Positions 17,101-25,802 of a stretch of DNA of 41,907 bases are shown piece after piece (positions within the stretch are counted from its first letter, which is position 1; the number at the start of each line of letters is the position of its first letter). Location of the stretch: positions 1 to 41,907 of the forward strand of contig CAZCJS010000003.1 in the NCBI GenBank assembly GCA_964498775.1, read 5' to 3'. The notes under the pieces were generated by a model that did not search any database, was not told the origin of the DNA, and saw only the letters and a program-made list of their open reading frames with translations. The DNA is from an uncultured Armatimonadia bacterium. Its GTDB lineage: Bacteria; Armatimonadota; Zipacnadia; Zipacnadales; UBA11051. The position numbers were made by a program, and so were the translations under genes.

Positions 17101-17566
17101 CAGCAAGTTGCGGATTGGCGGCGACCTCGACCTCAGTTTTTATGTGGCGGCTCGGATGATGCCGCGCGCGGACGGCAAGCACTACGAGCAACTCCGCGAT
17201 GTGCATGTCGGTATCTGCGGCGGGCCGAACGGGTCACAGGACGGATACCTCTTCAAGGTGGGCAGCGGTCGCAACCAGTACACATCCCTGGAGCGGAAGG
17301 GGAAACAGGTCAAACGCATCCCCTTCACAATCCCCGGCGTAGCGATCCACAATGATTGGATGCAACTGGGTATTCGGAAACGTGGCGCTACGGTGCAACT
17401 GCTGCACTGGGGCCATGTCCTCATGGAATACACCGATCCTGAGCCGCTCAACGAGGGCAGTATCATACTGGGTACCGATCACAACGGCATAATCATCCCC
17501 CGCCTGACAGTGTATGGACACATAGTCAATCCCCCGCTTGAGCCGCCGGCATTGCAGCCAGGATAG
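14150..17566 (+). CDS. Large secreted multi-domain protein: signal peptide, GATase1/ThuA-like module, then ~4 concanavalin-A-like (LamG/DUF1080-like) jelly-roll repeats
   Basis: The signal peptide is MKTARGTNWVFALLVGGLVLLAPIAAQA (ATG 14159 is an alternative to GTG 14150). The module at ~14270-14911 carries LEQYVRDGGLL, SPITQGL and VGKGILVYSG. Repeated units end in FDDVSVTPW (~15951), FGTPSVQAL (~16450), VAEDIAVYTPW (~16960) and IIIPRLTVYGH (~17530). Confidence 0.6.
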   Translation: MSGMKTARGTNWVFALLVGGLVLLAPIAAQAELIAPQSKPWRVGICGGWTVGYLGVLAHHGMPAVRILESEISDPKKIAKYDCIITGIISRRDQSVQRVLEQYVRDGGLLMCEAAQMPSEEALPGKRLKPGRVPNVRFVDAISPITQGLDYGKIIPMAGRGGTSIIPDGDSGTIVIARFTYEGLPEKVRERVDGHFLDEENGRYKDRGAPAILMRHVGKGILVYSGCAIGLDLSLRGDNCAQLLINLLQYLSKGEIHDRFHTGEVNRDSLLTANLQRSDTYPQAVADAVEPTGIPSDYELLEANAGADDDFYIYGSMSAGADVEVLLNYRNPQRYRKVTLSGNHVELQEVVEGKRRVVESAKLAPATVSGADFVLRRRGQIIICYLDGKPVLNACPGPPESGAVLARGLDEGGYQLSAPVYFADDFMREEGSQNEWETVSGQWKDVVVKGNVEQGANPFKYMGISSERALTTAGHWFWQDYSYTASVQGNGKAAGIAFYYQDKGDYCLLRLSYPAADNGKTTLELVRHSDGKDVKLAEAPVALSKGDWCQLGVLASGSSIIALVDGVPVLHMHDERAGCGGIGMVSEGGSTQFDDVSVTPWQAAFTGGANQVAQWLIESGTWEDTGDANTSGIGKAILPYGAQADSVISVPVKVGGAQAAGTYLRESAKGLYLAALVRSNGGLALRLFCANGERSDVLAEKAVPGARADEWHRLTFAARGPLLDVSIDGTRIAHLAHRGPLAGRVGLYARGSSAASFGTPSVQALVESEEMVDQLMPDFVGIIDRHTWAGRPGAWHPQDDELNRFWHGGYFPGPVTLTVGVHPLKQKQTTSHLYLTNGQDTKVGYELVGRRTWAEGTVSVTLLDEGKAVVSAEAPVEANKPYLLSLRRDEGSVWGEVNGHAVVVYNSDRARPELCQLGISNAGHLFVAEDIAVYTPWARNYTFMTAPTEWIVHSGQWEVTNRWSCSPGWTWFAGMNGSGLAESSSKLRIGGDLDLSFYVAARMMPRADGKHYEQLRDVHVGICGGPNGSQDGYLFKVGSGRNQYTSLERKGKQVKRIPFTIPGVAIHNDWMQLGIRKRGATVQLLHWGHVLMEYTDPEPLNEGSIILGTDHNGIIIPRLTVYGHIVNPPLEPPALQPG

Positions 17567-17635
17567 GCAGCCTCACTTGATGAGACGTGCTCCCCCGGAA
17601 ATCGCCGGATAGCCCCGGCAGAGAGGTGGCATATC

Positions 17636-18976
17636 ATGAAGCTTGCGTTGATAGCCGGCACGTTGCTGTTAGCGGCGGCAGTAATCGGTGCGGGGGACGA
17701 ACCGCTGCTGGGAGACTATGATGCCGAGTTGCGTATGGCTGCGGACCGCTCGCATGTTGACTGTGAGTTGATGGTGCGGCGGCTCAAGGAACTCCATGCC
17801 AACACCTATATGTGGCTGATGTGGCACAGCGTTAACGACTGGGAGGACCTCCACGAGTTTCTGCCTCTGGCTCATGAGGCAGGCATCAGCGTCTGGGCTT
17901 ACCTTGTGCCCCACTCCGAGAGCGGCGGCAAGTGGCCCTACTCCGAGCCCTTCAAGGTGGACTACGTGAGATGGGCGCAGGAAATCGCCAGGCTCTCGCT
18001 GGAGCATGAGAACCTCGTCGGCTATGTCATTGACGATTTCTGGGGCAACTTCGACATGGCGGATCGCTTCAGCGTCGAATATACCACGGAAATGGTCGCA
18101 GCAGGCAAGGCGATCAACCCGAAGCTGAAATTCTATCCCCTGATGTACTACCGGCAGTTCGGCCTCGATTTCGTGGAGAAGCTCGCGCCGATCGTTGATG
18201 GCTGCGTGGCGGCATATCCCCGGGACCGGGCGGAGATCGAGAGCGCGCTGACCTTCCTGAATGATGAATATGTGGCCCAGCCACGGGCGACTGTAATTTT
18301 CCCTCCGGCCGTGCCCTCAGCCCTCGGTGACCGTGGCTTCCTAATGCAGACGGCGAGAGTGCAAAATGCAGGAGAGGCAGCCATCTCATTCCACTACCGC
18401 GACAGCTACAACGGCCCGACGGAGGGCTACCACGTCATGCAACTGCGAGTGGATGACAAGATCATCTGGGAAGAGGACGCCGGTGGCCGGGATGATGCCG
18501 ATGTCCGCGTGGACCTCTCCGAGGCAGCCGCGGGCAAGCAACAAATTAAGCTCGCAATCGGAGTGTTCGACAAGCAGGGCGTGGGGCACTACGGTCTGCG
18601 GGCGCAGTTCACCGACCTGCAAATCCATGGGCTCGAAATGGCCGATGCCGACATCAGCAACACCGAAGCCTGGGAGCAGCAGATCGTAGGCGATTTCAGC
18701 ATCGAGTTCGCCGCCCGACGGACGGGAGAAGATAAGTTTAGCCTGCCGCTGATCGTGATGCCAGCGGGATCGCGCGGCGAATACGAGCACCGCTGGGGGC
18801 ATGAAGCGACTGCAAACCTGATAGCGGCGAAGGTGCGGATGATCCTCGAGCTGGTGGCGGAGGGCAAGGTCGAGGGTGTCGTCACCTACTGCCTCAACAA
18901 GCAGGAGGGGAGTGAAGACTTCGACGCGGTGGCGGCAGCCTACGAGGAGTTCCGAGCGACTTGGCAGGGGAAGTGA
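17636..18976 (+). CDS. Secreted hypothetical protein, TIM-barrel glycoside-hydrolase-like with an inserted beta-sandwich
   Basis: The signal peptide is MKLALIAGTLLLAAAVIGAG. Alternating beta/alpha-like segments include LHANTYMWLMW, GISVWAYLVP and LVGYVIDDFWGN. The central segment ISFHYRDSYNGPTEGYHVMQLRVDDKIIWEED...LAIGVFDKQG looks like a carbohydrate-binding-type sandwich. No family is recognised with certainty. Confidence 0.45.
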   Translation: MKLALIAGTLLLAAAVIGAGDEPLLGDYDAELRMAADRSHVDCELMVRRLKELHANTYMWLMWHSVNDWEDLHEFLPLAHEAGISVWAYLVPHSESGGKWPYSEPFKVDYVRWAQEIARLSLEHENLVGYVIDDFWGNFDMADRFSVEYTTEMVAAGKAINPKLKFYPLMYYRQFGLDFVEKLAPIVDGCVAAYPRDRAEIESALTFLNDEYVAQPRATVIFPPAVPSALGDRGFLMQTARVQNAGEAAISFHYRDSYNGPTEGYHVMQLRVDDKIIWEEDAGGRDDADVRVDLSEAAAGKQQIKLAIGVFDKQGVGHYGLRAQFTDLQIHGLEMADADISNTEAWEQQIVGDFSIEFAARRTGEDKFSLPLIVMPAGSRGEYEHRWGHEATANLIAAKVRMILELVAEGKVEGVVTYCLNKQEGSEDFDAVAAAYEEFRATWQGK

Positions 18977-19104
18977 ATTGAGCCGATGGGATCGTCTGAA
19001 TAGCTCACTGCGGTGCGGCCTGACCTGCACTCGGCGCAGAACATGAGAATACGATTTTTAGCGTTCTTAGCATCCAAACCGAGCTCGTTCGCGCAGGCCT
19101 TCAC

Positions 19105-19893
19105 TCATTTGGCTATGGCGCGCTCGAAGTTGCCGCCGAGAATCGCAGTCTCCTGATCGGCACCGAGGTAAAGGCTGCTCAGGCCGGCGAGCGCCTCGCT
19201 CTGTGCCTGCCAGGGGAAATCGGATCCGAAGAAGATACGCTCATAACCGTGGTCGGCGATGATGCGGCGGACCTGGTCCTCCGGCGCCTTGCCGAAGGTG
19301 TACGACAGGTCGAAATAGACGTTCCTGCCGACGAGATACTCCTCGACGTCATCCCAGAACTTGTACCCGCCGAGATGGGCGATACTGACTCGCAGATAGG
19401 GGTGGCGGTCTATGAAAGCCGCGAGGCGCTGAGGTGTCGGCTCGACGTAGTCCTGGGGGACGATCTCATCGCCCCCGTGCATGATGACGAGGAACTGATC
19501 CCCGATCTGCTCCATGAGGCGCTGCGTTGCGAGGGCATCGAGAGTGTATCGCTGGAAGAAAGGCTGCAGTTTGAGGCCGCTGATGCCGGCGTCGAGCAGC
19601 CGCCGTATCTCGTCCTCATTGTCATCACAAGCCGGGTGCAGTGCGCCACAGGGGATAAGACGATCGCGGGGGAGCTGCAGAATCCAGCGGTTGATTGAGC
19701 GCACCTGCTCGGGCTTGGTCGCAACAGGACAGACGACACTGAAATCCACGCCGGATTCGTCCATATGCCGCAGCAGATTATCGGCGGTGGGCAGGACTAC
19801 GGGTTCGACGCCGTACACGTCGTGGAGAGATTCCACTGCGTGCTGAGCGACTCTGTCGGGAAATATGTGAGTATGGGCGTCAATGATGGGCAT
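19105..19893 (-). CDS. Amidohydrolase-superfamily metal-dependent TIM-barrel hydrolase (Amidohydro_2-like)
   Basis: 262 aa. The N-terminal MPIIDAHTHIFP (H-x-H metal site), internal ...VIMHGGD..., ...IAHLGG... and the C-terminal FGSDFPW (Asp ligand) are typical. Confidence 0.75.
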   Translation of the reverse strand: MPIIDAHTHIFPDRVAQHAVESLHDVYGVEPVVLPTADNLLRHMDESGVDFSVVCPVATKPEQVRSINRWILQLPRDRLIPCGALHPACDDNEDEIRRLLDAGISGLKLQPFFQRYTLDALATQRLMEQIGDQFLVIMHGGDEIVPQDYVEPTPQRLAAFIDRHPYLRVSIAHLGGYKFWDDVEEYLVGRNVYFDLSYTFGKAPEDQVRRIIADHGYERIFFGSDFPWQAQSEALAGLSSLYLGADQETAILGGNFERAIAK

Positions 19894-19955
19894 TGTCTGT
19901 TCCAGGCTCCCTCGAACTGTGTGAACTGGTCAGAATAAGGATCGGTGCGAGTGGC

Positions 19956-21467
19956 CTATTCAATCCACAGGGAATAGAGATGGCCGTTGGAGATGGTTAT
20001 CGCCAGGCGAACGGGAGTGGTCGCTGAGCCGCTCAGAGCGGGCAAGTTCAGCGGGATGTCCACTGCGTCAACACCGCTCACACGGGCTTCTGCATCCGGC
20101 AGCGAATTGCCCTCGACATCCAGGACGGACAGATGCAGTGTGCCGAACTTGACGTTGGCGTTGACGTGTAGTGCGCCGCTGTCGAACTGCAGCGGCCTGG
20201 TCACGAGGCGACCGGTGTCGAAGCTAGCCACGAGACCGGCGAAGCGATCCACGAGTATAGTACCGATCCCCACACCCGCAATATAGTGCTCAGTGGCGTC
20301 TTGCCCGTCATCGGCAAACTTGTAGGGAGCACTGTGGCGGTAGTCCCGGCCGCCGTAGTAGAAGCGGAGCTCGTCGCCGACCTGGATGGGTGGATTGTTG
20401 GCGGCGGAGTGGTTCATGCGGTCCCAGGCACCGACGCCGCCGAGTGGGATGAAAGGGCTGCGATCGCTGAGCCGGTCGAAGCGGATGCCGTCGCGGCTGA
20501 CGGCAAGCTGGATGTCGAGCGAGACATTGTCCGCATAGCAGTAAAACATCTGCACCAGGCCGATGTAGATGTCCTCGTAGGGGAAGACATTCATGCCGTA
20601 GATTTCGTGTCCGGGCCCGTCGGCGGTGTCAATATGGAGTATCGACTCGCCCCAGTCCGGCTCCCAGGTGAGGAAGTCTTCGCTCTCGGCGCGCTTGACC
20701 GCGCGGCCCCAGTGGTGCTCAAACTCCGGGTGGTCGCTCCATTTCTCGGCGACCTCGGGAGCAATATGACGGTCGCGGCCATAGATGACCCATTTGCGGA
20801 GCCGGGGGTCCCACATCCAGCAGGTCGAGCCGTCTATGGTCGCGTGAGTGACCCAGGTATCGCGGGGCGTCCAATGGATGCCGTCAGGACTGAAGGCGAC
20901 GCCGAGGCCGCGCTGTTGGCCGGGATGGTCCGGGTCGCCATCATCGCCCTCATAGTCGCGGTCAAGGTAGAGGTAGCCCAGCTTGTAGCGGCGCTCGGGA
21001 TCGGCTTCCGCCGGGTCCTTGCTGACGCCGAAGAACTCCTGGCAGTATGGCCAGGCGGCCGGATGCTGCGAGTCCATGACCATGGCGACGATATTGGTGC
21101 GCACCTCACCGAAGCTGATGACATCAAGCTCGGGCCGCTGCCAGTTGACGCCGTCCTCGCTGGTGAAATAGAAAAGGCCGGTACGCTTGGTGTCCTCATT
21201 GTCCCCCCCGACGTTCCTGCCGCCGACATCCTGGCACCAGGCCTTGTAGAGGCTCTCCTCATCGTCCCAGATCACGGAACCATAGGCGATATAGCCGCGC
21301 GGCTCCCACGGAAGCTCCGGATGGATGACCGGGTTCTCCGGATGCTTATTGACCGGGTTGACAACCACTGAGAGCTTTTCGCTGGTCTCGATGAGGTAAT
21401 CATCGAGGAAAAGCTGGTGCATTCGGCCGATGCGGATAGGCTCCCCGTTGCCGTTACCGCTAGCCAT
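19956..21467 (-). CDS. Five-bladed beta-propeller glycoside-hydrolase/phosphorylase-like protein with C-terminal beta-sandwich (GH43/32/130/117-like fold), leaderless
   Basis: The N-terminus is LFLDDYLIE...NPVNKHPENPVI. Repeated blade signatures are SEDGVNWQRP, SPDGIHWTP, SEDFLTWEP and SRDGIRFDR. The start overlaps the upstream stop (ATGGCTAG). GGAGG RBS. Confidence 0.6.
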   Translation of the reverse strand: MASGNGNGEPIRIGRMHQLFLDDYLIETSEKLSVVVNPVNKHPENPVIHPELPWEPRGYIAYGSVIWDDEESLYKAWCQDVGGRNVGGDNEDTKRTGLFYFTSEDGVNWQRPELDVISFGEVRTNIVAMVMDSQHPAAWPYCQEFFGVSKDPAEADPERRYKLGYLYLDRDYEGDDGDPDHPGQQRGLGVAFSPDGIHWTPRDTWVTHATIDGSTCWMWDPRLRKWVIYGRDRHIAPEVAEKWSDHPEFEHHWGRAVKRAESEDFLTWEPDWGESILHIDTADGPGHEIYGMNVFPYEDIYIGLVQMFYCYADNVSLDIQLAVSRDGIRFDRLSDRSPFIPLGGVGAWDRMNHSAANNPPIQVGDELRFYYGGRDYRHSAPYKFADDGQDATEHYIAGVGIGTILVDRFAGLVASFDTGRLVTRPLQFDSGALHVNANVKFGTLHLSVLDVEGNSLPDAEARVSGVDAVDIPLNLPALSGSATTPVRLAITISNGHLYSLWIE

Positions 21468-23220
21468 AGTCCTGGCTGCCTCCCTGTTCCGCAGATATGT
21501 GGACTGTTATGCGTCTCAGCTCGCCGGGTGCCTGCAGCTCAACGGGCACCAGGGCGTACCGGGGGCCGAGAATGCTGCGCAGCGTCGGCTCGACGGACTG
21601 CCCATCCACGGTTGCAGCGGTGGGTATCCGGCCCTCCGGAACCGGCACGGCCACAGTCAACGGGCCGGAGAGAGAGCCGGCAGTGAGGTCACATTCGATG
21701 CTACTGCCATCGGCGCTACTCAATGTCAGGTCGGCCTCATAGCGGCGCTGGGTGAACTCAAGCCACTCGTCCATGCTCAGCACCGGGACGCCGCGTTCCT
21801 GGGCGAGGTCCATGCAGCCGCCGATGTAGGGCGCGCTGTAGGTGAAATAGCTGACCGGGTGCGACTGGAAACCGATCGGCGAGTAGGTGAGATTGACGGC
21901 GTTGTCGAGTGTCCTGGCGACCTTCTCGAGTTCCGTGTCCACTTCCTCGGTCAGCATCTTCTGCACCGAGGCGTCGTCGTAGATCACCGTAGTCTGCTGG
22001 AAGATGTCCATGATGCGGCCGAACTCGTTGATGAACTTGAGCGGGCGGGATGAACCGCACATGTACGTGCCGTATGTCTTGAGGTGTGACCCATACGTCA
22101 CGGCCATGCGCAAGCCGATGTCATGGAAGACTGGGACCAGGTCCATGTAACCGCGCCAGGTGGCGCAGTGAATCTGGGTGGTGCGCGCGGTGTAGCCATA
22201 TCGCTGCTCGAAGTTGGCCGCATCATCGCGCAGGATGCCCTCGATTGCCAGGTAGGGGTCCTCCGGAGTGCTGTTGGGGTTGGAGTGATAGCCGAAATTG
22301 TGGCCTGCCGCGAGCCACTCCTTGACCGTGGCGTCAGGGAGGTTGGTGTCGCGGACGAGGTAGAAGGTGCAGTGACCGCCGCGCTGTTCGACCCCCGAAT
22401 GCAGTGCCTCGAACATCTCCACGGTGGACCAGTCATCATCGGAGCGCATGGGGAGTGCGGAGCGCTCCTCGGGAACGCGGTAGTACCAGAGCCGAGGAAC
22501 CGGCTGTGGGGAGAGATGCGCGATGAGATTGGACAGCAGGTTGCAGTGGAGGTCGGCCTGGGGAAGATGACCCCGGGAGATATCGAAATGGTCTGTGAAG
22601 AGATCGCCGGAGCGGGTGTAGAAGCGGAAGCCCATGGTGTTGATGGAGGCCTGGTCGGGATTGCCGAAGCGCAGCCGCGCAACCGTTGCGGGCGGATCGT
22701 AGAAGCACAGCCCGATGCGGCCGTTGCCGAACAGGAAGCTGACGACGGCAGGATAGCCAGTCGGTGAGTTGAGGTCGGCATAGTCATGGGCGATGATCTC
22801 GGCGCCACCGGGAAGACTGCCGAGGCCGTAGCGTTCCATAGGCCAGTGGCACTGGAGCGGCTCGTGCGGCAGGCCGCGAGACACCGGATGGTCAGCGTCC
22901 GGCAACAGGTAGGCCGCAGGGGTGACCGTGAAGGTGGCGGTCAGCCCAAGCGCTTCACAGAGCCGGTATGAAGGCCGGAAGACGATGAGGCTGCCACCAT
23001 TGCGGACATAGCTGAGTAGCTGTTCCTGCTCGCGATTGTAGAGACGAGCGCGTGTCAGGATGACTACCTGGGGATCACCGCCCGGCAAGTCTTCACCTGC
23101 ACCCATATCCGCGATGTCGAAATCGCTGATACCCTCGAGCTTGAGCAGTTCTCCGGTGTAAGGACCGAACATGTTTTCCGGCTGGTCCGACCGTACCAGA
23201 ATGCGCAGCGAAGGGGTCAT
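21460..23220 (-). CDS. Hypothetical two-part protein: N-terminal GATase1/ThuA-like module plus polysaccharide-deacetylase-like barrel and C-terminal beta-sandwich, leaderless
   Basis: The N-terminal module carries LLSYVRNGGSLIVF, DHPVSRGL and LFGNGRIGLCFYD. The middle region PRLWYYRVPE...GGHCTFYLVRD...WLAAGHNFGYHSNP resembles NodB/deacetylase-like (beta/alpha)7 barrels; this is a weak assignment by eye. Confidence 0.45.
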   Translation of the reverse strand: MTPSLRILVRSDQPENMFGPYTGELLKLEGISDFDIADMGAGEDLPGGDPQVVILTRARLYNREQEQLLSYVRNGGSLIVFRPSYRLCEALGLTATFTVTPAAYLLPDADHPVSRGLPHEPLQCHWPMERYGLGSLPGGAEIIAHDYADLNSPTGYPAVVSFLFGNGRIGLCFYDPPATVARLRFGNPDQASINTMGFRFYTRSGDLFTDHFDISRGHLPQADLHCNLLSNLIAHLSPQPVPRLWYYRVPEERSALPMRSDDDWSTVEMFEALHSGVEQRGGHCTFYLVRDTNLPDATVKEWLAAGHNFGYHSNPNSTPEDPYLAIEGILRDDAANFEQRYGYTARTTQIHCATWRGYMDLVPVFHDIGLRMAVTYGSHLKTYGTYMCGSSRPLKFINEFGRIMDIFQQTTVIYDDASVQKMLTEEVDTELEKVARTLDNAVNLTYSPIGFQSHPVSYFTYSAPYIGGCMDLAQERGVPVLSMDEWLEFTQRRYEADLTLSSADGSSIECDLTAGSLSGPLTVAVPVPEGRIPTAATVDGQSVEPTLRSILGPRYALVPVELQAPGELRRITVHISAEQGGSQDYG

Positions 23221-23260
23221 TGTCCGCCATTCCTTTCGGGCGAGGCTCGAAGCGGGCGCG

Positions 23261-24367
23261 TCACTCTATTGTCAGCTTGTACCAACGTATATTGGAAACG
23301 CAGTCTTCGTAGCACCAGAAGGCGACGAAGATGGTGCCGTCGGCGAGAGAGGTGATACAGGGCGCGCCGAAACGCAATACATTGAAGTTATGCGCCATGT
23401 TCTCGGATGTTGTGGTGAGGCCCGCCGCGCCGACACCCCACAGCGGCAGACATTCGTCATTGACCCATGTGTCACCATCGAGATGGGAGATGTTGGCCCA
23501 GAGCCCGGTCTCATCCATGCGCCGATAGACGAGGAGAATTCTCCCATCCGGGAGTGCAAACGGCGTAGGTGTCTGGCCGAGGAGGCCGGTGGACATCGGC
23601 GCGGCCCACGTCTCCCCGCCGTCATTACTGACAGAATACTGATTGGGCAGGTCGGCACCGGCAGCTTCATCGTAGGCCCATGCCGGGCACAGCAAACGGC
23701 CGTCCGGCATCTCGACGATCTTCGTCTCCCAGTAGATGATCGTACCCTCGGGGTCCACCATCACATCCCAGTATTCAGGCCAGCTTGCGCCCTGGTCGGA
23801 TGATACGAGGGCGATCATCTTCATGCCGTTGGGGCACTCGCCATCCCAGCCGCGCCATGTCGAAGTGGGTATCACCCAGCGGCCATCTGACAGAGGCGTG
23901 ATAGGGGAGCAGAACTCGAAGGCGGGCCCGACCAGCGGCGGCTCAATCGGCTCCGGACCTGACCAGTTGTGGCCGTAGTCATGCGACCGCCACAGCACCA
24001 TTTCCATCGGCACGAAACCCATGTTCGCATGGTTGGTGAAGCCGTCGTCGGGAGCAACACTGCGATCGGCGCGGTACATCAGAACGATTAGTTCGCCATC
24101 TGGTAGGGCCGTCACGCGGCCCGAATCGCTGGTAAGCCTGTCCGTGCGCCCTTCATAGACGGAACCTTCCATCTGCCATGTCGCGCCGTTATCGCTGGAG
24201 CGGGCGACATGCGTCCGCAGGTTCAGCGCTTCGAAGGCCTCCCCGAGCACCAGTGTCGCCAGCATCTCCCCGTTGTCCATACACACTACCGAGGGGAAAT
24301 ACGCGTGGATGCTATGCACATGGGGCTTGGGATTGCGGTAGATGAGCCCGGTTTCGAGTATCTTCAT
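23261..24367 (-). CDS. BNR/Asp-box repeat beta-propeller protein (sialidase-like), leaderless, distant paralog of 5820-8044 genes
   Basis: Asp boxes SSDNGATW, SHDYGHNW, SSDQGASW and SNDGGETW. The N-terminus is LIYRNPKPHVHSIHAYFPSVV with no signal peptide. Confidence 0.75.
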   Translation of the reverse strand: MKILETGLIYRNPKPHVHSIHAYFPSVVCMDNGEMLATLVLGEAFEALNLRTHVARSSDNGATWQMEGSVYEGRTDRLTSDSGRVTALPDGELIVLMYRADRSVAPDDGFTNHANMGFVPMEMVLWRSHDYGHNWSGPEPIEPPLVGPAFEFCSPITPLSDGRWVIPTSTWRGWDGECPNGMKMIALVSSDQGASWPEYWDVMVDPEGTIIYWETKIVEMPDGRLLCPAWAYDEAAGADLPNQYSVSNDGGETWAAPMSTGLLGQTPTPFALPDGRILLVYRRMDETGLWANISHLDGDTWVNDECLPLWGVGAAGLTTTSENMAHNFNVLRFGAPCITSLADGTIFVAFWCYEDCVSNIRWYKLTIE

Positions 24368-24409
24368 ATTCGTCGTGATGCACCTGTCTTCCGTAATCTT
24401 GGCAGTATC

Positions 24410-25774
24410 CTATGATCCGGCGGGGGGAGATCCCAGTAAGCCCTGCGCCAATTCGACCATGCCCGCGACAAGCTCGTCCTCGATGACGGGAGCGAGGGGC
24501 GGATAGCCGCACAAATGCGGTACTGTCCGCGCGGCGTAGTTGTCCTCCATATCGAAGGACTCCTTCTCCGGTGCATAGCCGCGTGCGTCATTGCATAGGC
24601 TCAGCACGAGAACGGGCGTGTCGAACTCGGCCTGGACGCGTCGCTTGTATCGCAGCATGATTTCGTATGGCGCGCCGACCATGACGAGACTGCCGATGCG
24701 CAGTGCCTGGATTTCCACGAGCCCCTCATACTCCCGGCCAAACTCAGCCTGGCGCCGCAACTCCTTGCGGAGGGCAATCGCATGGACGGTGGCGCGGCGG
24801 ACCTCGGGAGCGTCATCAGTAGCGCCTGGCGCCTTGATGACGGCCTCCGCCTCGGCGAGCCTTGTCTCCAATTGCGAGGCTGACAGAGGGATGTGAGTAA
24901 GAGAATACTGGCGCGAGAGACCGGCTACCTTGCTGCCACCAAGCGGCTGTGCAGAACTGATACCCGGACGGATTTGGCGTGCATACCGGGAGGCGATGAC
25001 GTCGAGGGCCTGTAGTGATTCCTGTTCACCATGATGGACGACGCAGGAGTTGATATTCCCCTCGCAGCCCTGGAGGAAGATGCCGTGGACGCCGGGGGTC
25101 TCACGTTCCAGCAGGTTAGTTGCTACACCGCAGAAATCGCTATGGATGTAGGTGTTGGGAGCCGAGCCGACCACCGGATGGCATGAGAAATACGAGATGA
25201 ATCCGATCATGCTGTCCTCGTCGTCCACGCGCAGGACGTGGGCCTCAGTGTCGGTTATCTCAGGCATCGCCGGACGCCAGTTCTCATTGAGCGCCTCCTC
25301 AAGCGACGGGCGGACATCATGCTCGCGGTTGTAGCCGATGCCCTCGCAGGGGACAACAGTGTGGCACAAGCTGCCAGGAGCCAGTGCCGCGACAGCCTCT
25401 GTGCAGGCCTGAGCAATGCGCACCGGCAGTATCTCGAGGTAGGGCATGTCTGCCTCGCCCTGGCCGATGCCGAACTTAGCCCGTGGCGCCGAATGAGTGT
25501 GGGTGCAGTGCACGCAGATATGCTCGCGCGGTATGCCGGTAGCGCTCGAGGTGCGCTCGCGGGCCTCGTCGGCGATACATGCCGATACGCCCACCAGGTC
25601 GCATACGACAATGACGACAGTGTTCTCACCGTCGGCTGCAGCCATCGCCCGGGCATACAGCGGCTCGCGCACGGCAGTGGCGTAGCGGTGGAGGAACGGG
25701 CCGAAGCCATAAAGCTCCACACCCGGACGCGGCGTGATGTCAACCTTGCTGAAACCGAACTGCATTTTTTCCAT
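24410..25774 (-). CDS. Neutral/alkaline (non-lysosomal) ceramidase N-terminal-domain-like amidase
   Basis: FGFSKVDITPRPGVELYGFG..., PLYARAMAA...VVIVVCDLVG and CTHTHSAP match the hallmark start and the THTHS(G)P motif of the neutral ceramidase family. AGGAG lies upstream. Confidence 0.6.
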   Translation of the reverse strand: MEKMQFGFSKVDITPRPGVELYGFGPFLHRYATAVREPLYARAMAAADGENTVVIVVCDLVGVSACIADEARERTSSATGIPREHICVHCTHTHSAPRAKFGIGQGEADMPYLEILPVRIAQACTEAVAALAPGSLCHTVVPCEGIGYNREHDVRPSLEEALNENWRPAMPEITDTEAHVLRVDDEDSMIGFISYFSCHPVVGSAPNTYIHSDFCGVATNLLERETPGVHGIFLQGCEGNINSCVVHHGEQESLQALDVIASRYARQIRPGISSAQPLGGSKVAGLSRQYSLTHIPLSASQLETRLAEAEAVIKAPGATDDAPEVRRATVHAIALRKELRRQAEFGREYEGLVEIQALRIGSLVMVGAPYEIMLRYKRRVQAEFDTPVLVLSLCNDARGYAPEKESFDMEDNYAARTVPHLCGYPPLAPVIEDELVAGMVELAQGLLGSPPAGS

Positions 25775-25802
25775 TGCTTGTCAGTTGCTCCTTACTGAGT
25801 TG

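Noticed and set aside
18977-19104. Possible bulged hairpin CTGCGGTGC...GCAC-tcgg-CGCAG between the convergent 446-aa and amidohydrolase genes, considered as a terminator
   Set aside because: The stem is interrupted by a 4-nt bulge and there is no adjacent U-tract, so the evidence is too weak to call a feature.
20286-21371. 361-aa ORF on the + strand opposite the 503-aa beta-propeller gene
   Set aside because: Its composition is Ala/Val/Gly/Arg/Asp-rich and antisense-like, with no motifs and no RBS. The opposite strand encodes a protein with clear repeated blade motifs. Long shadow ORFs like this are expected in GC-rich DNA.
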